From: Candidatus Omnitrophota bacterium
GTDB taxonomy: Bacteria > Omnitrophota > Gorgyraeia > Zapsychrales > JANLHA01
Reading direction: 5' to 3'
Length of the DNA: 64,000 bases
NCBI GenBank assembly: GCA_023247795.1
Contig: JAHFFT010000005.1
Span: 8,764 to 72,763 of the forward strand
The notes beneath the pieces are model-generated. The model was not told where the DNA came from and made no database searches. It was given only the letters and a program-made list of their open reading frames with translations. This document shows positions 59,116 to 64,000 of the stretch, piece by piece (positions within the stretch are counted from its first letter, which is position 1; each line of letters starts with the position of its first letter). The translations under genes were made by a program, and so were the position numbers.

Positions 59116-60972
59116 TTACTTCATGATGTCACTTTCCAACCATTCAAAATTTTTGGCCAAAAGTTTTTTAGCGACCTTCAACTGCGATTTGTCATTGTTC
59201 CGTCGCGATCTGGCAAAATGGCCTTCAATACGATTCTTCGCGTCCTGACAAAAAAGGTCGGCCAGTTCAAGGACCTGCGATTGCGGGTTCTTTTTATTGA
59301 GCGCCTCGGCGTAAGAACAGACCGCGGCCATATTAAAAAGATCAACACCGATACCGACAATCCGGTTAAGGACACTTTGCTTTGCTTCCAGACGCTGTTG
59401 GTACTTCAACATCTGGTGAAAAATTTGCCGGGCCAGCCGCTTGCTGGTTTTTTGGACATAAAACATATGCCGATCCAAGGGTTTGGCCAGACCGCTGATT
59501 TTCGGATGCTTACCCGTAGGCAACCACAATTTCGGGTACCATAATGAATAATATTTCAAAAGACTTCCCGCGGCCTTGAGTTTATCCTTCAAGGGTGTGC
59601 GTCCGCTGAGCAAAGGTTTAAGACGACTCAAATGCGGATCCAAGGCCTCCCGGGCGATGAAAAGATTCATGATCTCCGAGGTCCCCTCGATAATCAAATT
59701 GATCCGCACGTCTCTTAAAACTCGCTCGACCGGCCAAAAATCTTGTCCGCGCTCTTTCAGTGAAGAAGACCGCTCATATCCTGACCCCCCACGGATCTGC
59801 AGTGTGTCATCAACGATTCTCCAACTCTCTTCCGTGCAAAAATATTTTGCCAGGGCCGCTTCAATCCGGATGTCTTTTTTCTTGTCATCCGCCATCGACG
59901 AGGTCAACCAACTCACCGCGTCCATCGCGAAGGTATGCGAAGCCATATGTCCCAATTTGAGCGCGACACTTTCATGTTCGCCAATCGGCCCGCCCCACTG
60001 TTCGCGCTTGACCGCCCATTGCCGGGCCACGTGCAGACACCACTTGCCAATGCCAGTCGAAGCAGCTGGCAAAGTCAAACGGCCGGTATTCAAGGTCATC
60101 AACGCCAGTTTTAAACCCTCTCCCTCACCGAGGATAATATTTTCTTTCGGTACCTTGACATTGTTGAATCGAATCGAGCCGTTTTGAATCCCGTTCAATC
60201 CCATGAACTGACAGCGATGAAGAATTTCAAAGCCTGGGGTATTGGTCTCGACGATAAAGGCCGTAATCTGCTTTCTTTCTTTGCCGTTGATAATCTTGGG
60301 CGGTGTTACCGCCATCACCACAATCACCCCGGCGATCAGGCCATTGGTACACCACAATTTCTCGCCGTTGATCACGAAATTTTTTCCTTCATCGGTGGGG
60401 ACCGCGGTCGTGGTCATGTTGCGCGGGTCAGAACCAGCACCCGGCTCGGTCAAAGCAAAGGCCGAGACTGTCCCTTCCGCGAACATCGGAAGATATTTTT
60501 TCTTTTGCTCTTCAGTGCCGAATAATTTGAGCGGCTGCGGAACACCAATGCTTTGATGGGCGGAAAGCAAGACCGCGGTTGACCCGCAATAACTCGCCAC
60601 CAAATGGATGGCACGGTTGTAATTGTTTTGTCCTAGACCTAAACCGCCGTATTCTTTAGGGATTTTGATCGCGAAGGCCTTGATGCGGGCCAAGGCGCGC
60701 ATGACGTCATCGGGGATGATGCCGGTTCGATCCACTTCATCCGGATCAAGGGTCTCCCGTAAAACTTTTTCCAACTGGGAGATGAACTGGTCCCCTTCTT
60801 TTTTATCTTCTTCGGATTGGACAGGAAAAGGATGGATCAAATCGAAATCAAGGACCCCATGAAATAGCTTAAGTGCAAAACTGGGGTATTTCCATTCGGC
60901 CTCGCGCTGGTCTTCAGCGAACTCTAAAGACTTGCGCTTAGCGTCACTGATACTTTTATCAAACATGTCCAT
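59116..60972 (-). CDS. Acyl-CoA dehydrogenase (long, VLCAD/ACAD9-like)
   Basis: IPKEYGGLG, FALTEPGAGSD, NGEKLWCTNG, LNTGR, QIRGGSGY, IIEGTSEI. Confidence 0.92.
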   Translation of the reverse strand: MDMFDKSISDAKRKSLEFAEDQREAEWKYPSFALKLFHGVLDFDLIHPFPVQSEEDKKEGDQFISQLEKVLRETLDPDEVDRTGIIPDDVMRALARIKAFAIKIPKEYGGLGLGQNNYNRAIHLVASYCGSTAVLLSAHQSIGVPQPLKLFGTEEQKKKYLPMFAEGTVSAFALTEPGAGSDPRNMTTTAVPTDEGKNFVINGEKLWCTNGLIAGVIVVMAVTPPKIINGKERKQITAFIVETNTPGFEILHRCQFMGLNGIQNGSIRFNNVKVPKENIILGEGEGLKLALMTLNTGRLTLPAASTGIGKWCLHVARQWAVKREQWGGPIGEHESVALKLGHMASHTFAMDAVSWLTSSMADDKKKDIRIEAALAKYFCTEESWRIVDDTLQIRGGSGYERSSSLKERGQDFWPVERVLRDVRINLIIEGTSEIMNLFIAREALDPHLSRLKPLLSGRTPLKDKLKAAGSLLKYYSLWYPKLWLPTGKHPKISGLAKPLDRHMFYVQKTSKRLARQIFHQMLKYQQRLEAKQSVLNRIVGIGVDLFNMAAVCSYAEALNKKNPQSQVLELADLFCQDAKNRIEGHFARSRRNNDKSQLKVAKKLLAKNFEWLESDIMK

Positions 60973-61069
60973 GTCGGACTTCCTTATATATCAATGGGTT
61001 AGAAAATCTAATTTTTAGTATAGAGTAATAACGACGAAAATCAATACCCAGTTGAATTATTTAAACGAT

Positions 61070-61357
61070 CTAACTTTGCAAATGCTGCTTGACCAACGCA
61101 TCTATGTCCTCCAGCCGAACTCCGTGGTACCAAATCTCTCCTGGGGATACCATGATATTAACTCCCCGATTGCACTGACCCAAACATTTAGCCTGGGCCA
61201 CTCTGATCCGCGGATGCAGGCCCCGTTCTTTTGCAATGCCTCGCAATTCTTTAAAAACCGCTTCTCCCTGCTGATCACCGCAGCTCGGGCTTTCTCCTTT
61301 ACGATCATTGGTGCAGACAAAAATCTGCTTTTCATAAGGAACATTTTCTTGTTTCAT
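61070..61357 (-). CDS. Thioredoxin-like [2Fe-2S] ferredoxin
   Basis: IFVCTNDR..SC...KCLGQC..G...WY. Confidence 0.85.
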   Translation of the reverse strand: MKQENVPYEKQIFVCTNDRKGESPSCGDQQGEAVFKELRGIAKERGLHPRIRVAQAKCLGQCNRGVNIMVSPGEIWYHGVRLEDIDALVKQHLQS

Positions 61358-62427
61358 TTCTGCCCTTTCTTCGTTTTTGATTTTGGTTTAAGGACAACCA
61401 ATGTTTCCAGATGTTTGGTTTTCGGGAAAAAATCAAATGGAATCACCCTTTTGATCTGCCAAACTTTGCTTAATAACTTAAGATCACGCACCAAAGATTC
61501 CGGCGAACAGGACAAATACAGTAAGGCCTTAAATCCTTGGACAGTGGTAAGTGTTTTCACGACCGAGGCACTTAACCCCTGCCGCGGAGGATCAATCATG
61601 GCCACCTTATGAACATTCGCGTTTTCTTGCAACTTGAGCTCCAATACCCTTTCGACCAATCCTTGAAAAATATGAAAATTTTCAAAATGATGGTGCTGTT
61701 TATTGAACTGGGCCAGCTTCACCGAATGCGGATCAGATTCAATGAGGACCACTTCCTTGACGTTGGCATAAAAAGCAATCCCAAACAATCCAACGCCTCC
61801 GTACAAATCGTAAAAAGAAATTTTTTTATTGAAGAATTTTAATTTTTTGATTTCCGTGACAACCTTCGGTAGGATCGATAAATTGGCCTGAAAAAAGGTC
61901 TCCAAGGAATAAAAAATCTTTTTGCCATTCACCTTGGTCCAAAAATAATTTTCTTCCAACATCCGCAGCGAACGCCGGCCAATGCCTCCCCAAAAAACCC
62001 GCCCCTCATCGCCGGTACGGATCACCAGATTCGCGTTACGGTATTTTTCCGGAAGTTTTTGGACCGCCTCGCTCTTCAACCGAGGTAGATATTGCGAAAT
62101 CTCAGGTAAGGCAATCGCGCAGGAATCAGCCTCGATGACTTGGGCGCGCCCGGTTGGCGTGAAGCCCATAAATATTTCGTTGTTGCGGGTTTTAAGCAGC
62201 CTAACATCCAAACGATGTCGATAATGATATTCTTTGGGAGAAGCAACAATCGGTTTGATCAGCCGCGCCGCGCTCGAAAAATTTTGTTTGAAAAGCCGCT
62301 GCAACTGTTCTTCCTTGACCACTAACTCTTGACGGTAAGACAGATGTTGATACTGGCAACCACCGCATTCCCCATAAATGGGGCATAATGGCTCAACCTG
62401 GTTAGCAGAATTCTTTGGATTAAACAT
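61354..62427 (-). CDS. RlmD/TrmA-family RNA (uracil-5)-methyltransferase lacking a TRAM domain
   Basis: CPIYGECGGCQ, FFQAN, DLYGGVG, DPPRQG, YLSC, FDFFPKTKHLE. Confidence 0.88.
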   Translation of the reverse strand: MFNPKNSANQVEPLCPIYGECGGCQYQHLSYRQELVVKEEQLQRLFKQNFSSAARLIKPIVASPKEYHYRHRLDVRLLKTRNNEIFMGFTPTGRAQVIEADSCAIALPEISQYLPRLKSEAVQKLPEKYRNANLVIRTGDEGRVFWGGIGRRSLRMLEENYFWTKVNGKKIFYSLETFFQANLSILPKVVTEIKKLKFFNKKISFYDLYGGVGLFGIAFYANVKEVVLIESDPHSVKLAQFNKQHHHFENFHIFQGLVERVLELKLQENANVHKVAMIDPPRQGLSASVVKTLTTVQGFKALLYLSCSPESLVRDLKLLSKVWQIKRVIPFDFFPKTKHLETLVVLKPKSKTKKGQK

Positions 62428-62435
62428 GGGAAGCG

Positions 62436-63011
62436 TTAAAGAAGAATTTCAAAAGATTTGATCATACCATTGACTGCCGCCTGATAACTTTTGAAACGGT
62501 CCTTTTTTGCGGCAAAAGTAAACACATACGCTGTCGTGGCGTTAACCGTCCAAACGTGCAGATATTGCATCGGGGATTCTTTCAATTCTTTTTTCGGTTT
62601 TCCAACATACATCAATCGATGTCCTCGCCGGCCGGCAAAACGGGTCGAATTATCTTCTAAGACCTCAATGGCATCGCCAAAGGTCCCAGTGATCTGTCGA
62701 ACAACGGTTTCCGTATATCGCTCCGGCCGCACGTTCAAGGACGACAAAGACTGCACAGCAACGTTGGCGATCGCGGGCGTCACATCCATGGCGTTTTGTT
62801 TCGCGGCAATAAATACGACCATCGTTCCGCCCGCAGGGTGATCAATCACCTTCCAATTCACCGGATATTTTAAGCGAACCCCGTCTGCCTTATTTTCATA
62901 AACCGCGTAGTCAATCGCCGGAATGAAAAACAAGCTCGCAAAACCGATTGTTAAAACTGCCATCCCTATCAAAAAACTGAACAACCAAGAACTCTTTTTT
63001 TGAGATTTCAT
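62436..63011 (-). CDS. PsbP/DcrB-like membrane-anchored protein
   Basis: N-terminal TM helix, LKYPVNW, AYVFTF, MIKSFEI. Confidence 0.65.
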   Translation of the reverse strand: MKSQKKSSWLFSFLIGMAVLTIGFASLFFIPAIDYAVYENKADGVRLKYPVNWKVIDHPAGGTMVVFIAAKQNAMDVTPAIANVAVQSLSSLNVRPERYTETVVRQITGTFGDAIEVLEDNSTRFAGRRGHRLMYVGKPKKELKESPMQYLHVWTVNATTAYVFTFAAKKDRFKSYQAAVNGMIKSFEILL

Positions 63012-63021
63012 GGATTAGAAT

Positions 63022-64000
63022 TTACGAATAAAACATTTTCTTGTTGAGGTCGAGATTTTCCAGAAACCGGCAGGGCATGAACCGGTCTGGGCCGTATTGA
63101 TTGGCAAAAAATTTGAGTTTCTCAACGATATGCTTGATACCAACATTGTCCGCGTACCGCAGCAATCCTCCCCGAAAAGCTGGAAACCCCGTTCCCATGA
63201 TCATCCCGACATCCACGGTATCTGCAGAATCAACAATGCCTTCTTCAAGAGAACGGGCTGCTTCATTGATCATCACATAAAGCATGCGCTCGAGATAATA
63301 TTTCCGATCGGTTGTCTTGTCTTCTTTTGCTGCTTGACGGATCAAGTCCTGATTTTCCTTTTTCTCCCCTTTTCCATCCCTTTTCCCATATAGATAAAAT
63401 CCCTTGCCACTCTTTTTTCCCAGCATCTTCTTTTCATAAATCTCCAAAAATCGGGCGGATGGTTTGAAACGTTTACCAAACCCCTTTTCCAAAATCTGCA
63501 AGACCTTGATCCCCACGTCCAGACCCACCTCATCCGACAAACTCAACGGCCCCATAGGCAAACCAAAATCCGTGACCATCCGATCTAGTTCGGTAAAACT
63601 CATCCCTGGATCCTGATCCAAAATATGCCCTGCCTCATTGATATACGCTAAAAGGATTCGATTGACCAAAAATCCCGGCGAGTCTTTCACTAAAATAGGA
63701 ATCTTCCCCAACCTCTTCACCAACTCCAAGGCCGAAACGATCGTCGAGGCCGCAGTTTCTTCGGTAATGATGATTTCAATCAAGGGCATCCGATGCACCG
63801 GATTGAAAAAATGAAACCCCAACATCCGTGAAGGATTTGTAACGGCCTGGCTCATCTCTTTGATCGACAAAGAAGATGTGTTGGTAAAAAGCAGCGTCTC
63901 TGTGCCAACAACCTGACTGACTTCTGTAAAAACCTTTCTCTTGATGTCCATATTCTCAACAACCGCTTCAATCACACAGTCGACATGCTTAAAACCACTC
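63022..64000 (-). CDS. 3-hydroxyacyl-CoA dehydrogenase part of FadB/FadJ (5' end outside window)
   Basis: IEAVVEN, TNTSSLSI, GFHFFNPVHRMPL, SPGFLVNR, duplicated C-terminal domain with GTGFPAFRGG. Confidence 0.9.
   Translation of the reverse strand, partial: SGFKHVDCVIEAVVENMDIKRKVFTEVSQVVGTETLLFTNTSSLSIKEMSQAVTNPSRMLGFHFFNPVHRMPLIEIIITEETAASTIVSALELVKRLGKIPILVKDSPGFLVNRILLAYINEAGHILDQDPGMSFTELDRMVTDFGLPMGPLSLSDEVGLDVGIKVLQILEKGFGKRFKPSARFLEIYEKKMLGKKSGKGFYLYGKRDGKGEKKENQDLIRQAAKEDKTTDRKYYLERMLYVMINEAARSLEEGIVDSADTVDVGMIMGTGFPAFRGGLLRYADNVGIKHIVEKLKFFANQYGPDRFMPCRFLENLDLNKKMFYS

Noticed and set aside
49097-60187. Longer plus-strand ORFs (49097-49795, 56927-57436, 59576-60187) and similar shadows elsewhere
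   Set aside because: Antisense to well-supported genes, with no recognisable motifs.

Overview
Bacterial chromosomal window, most genes on the minus strand. Gene content and style suggest a diderm anaerobe such as Candidatus Omnitrophota, but that is inference only. Left to right it contains: a threonine operon (PilZ, hom, thrC, coaB, apgM); tRNA-Pro; gpsA; a tRNA-Thr/Tyr/Gly cluster holding a structured insert that ends in a duplicated tRNA 3' end; an STT3/PglB oligosaccharyltransferase with an altered WWD motif; and a four-gene operon encoding a receiver-YvcK/GlmR fusion, a membrane HEAT protein, a processive GT2 synthase and a 1784-aa TPR/beta-barrel protein. That operon looks like a synthase-dependent polysaccharide secretion system and is the best candidate for an undescribed system. 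Next come recN, a PPi-type PFK, and an AT-rich surface-glycan island with tandem duplications, decayed gene copies and a dead IS200. The right half has the tilS-ftsH-folP-cdaA-(mini-cdaR)-pdxJ-acpS-nnrD-queH operon, a pseudo-nuclease, a PocR-GAF protein, hemL with a HemC-CobA-HemD fusion, a cNMP/ParA-like/patatin fusion and beta-oxidation genes. A 7-nt-periodic palindromic repeat occurs at four gene 3' ends. No CRISPR array or rRNA was seen. All calls come from reading motifs by eye, without database searches.
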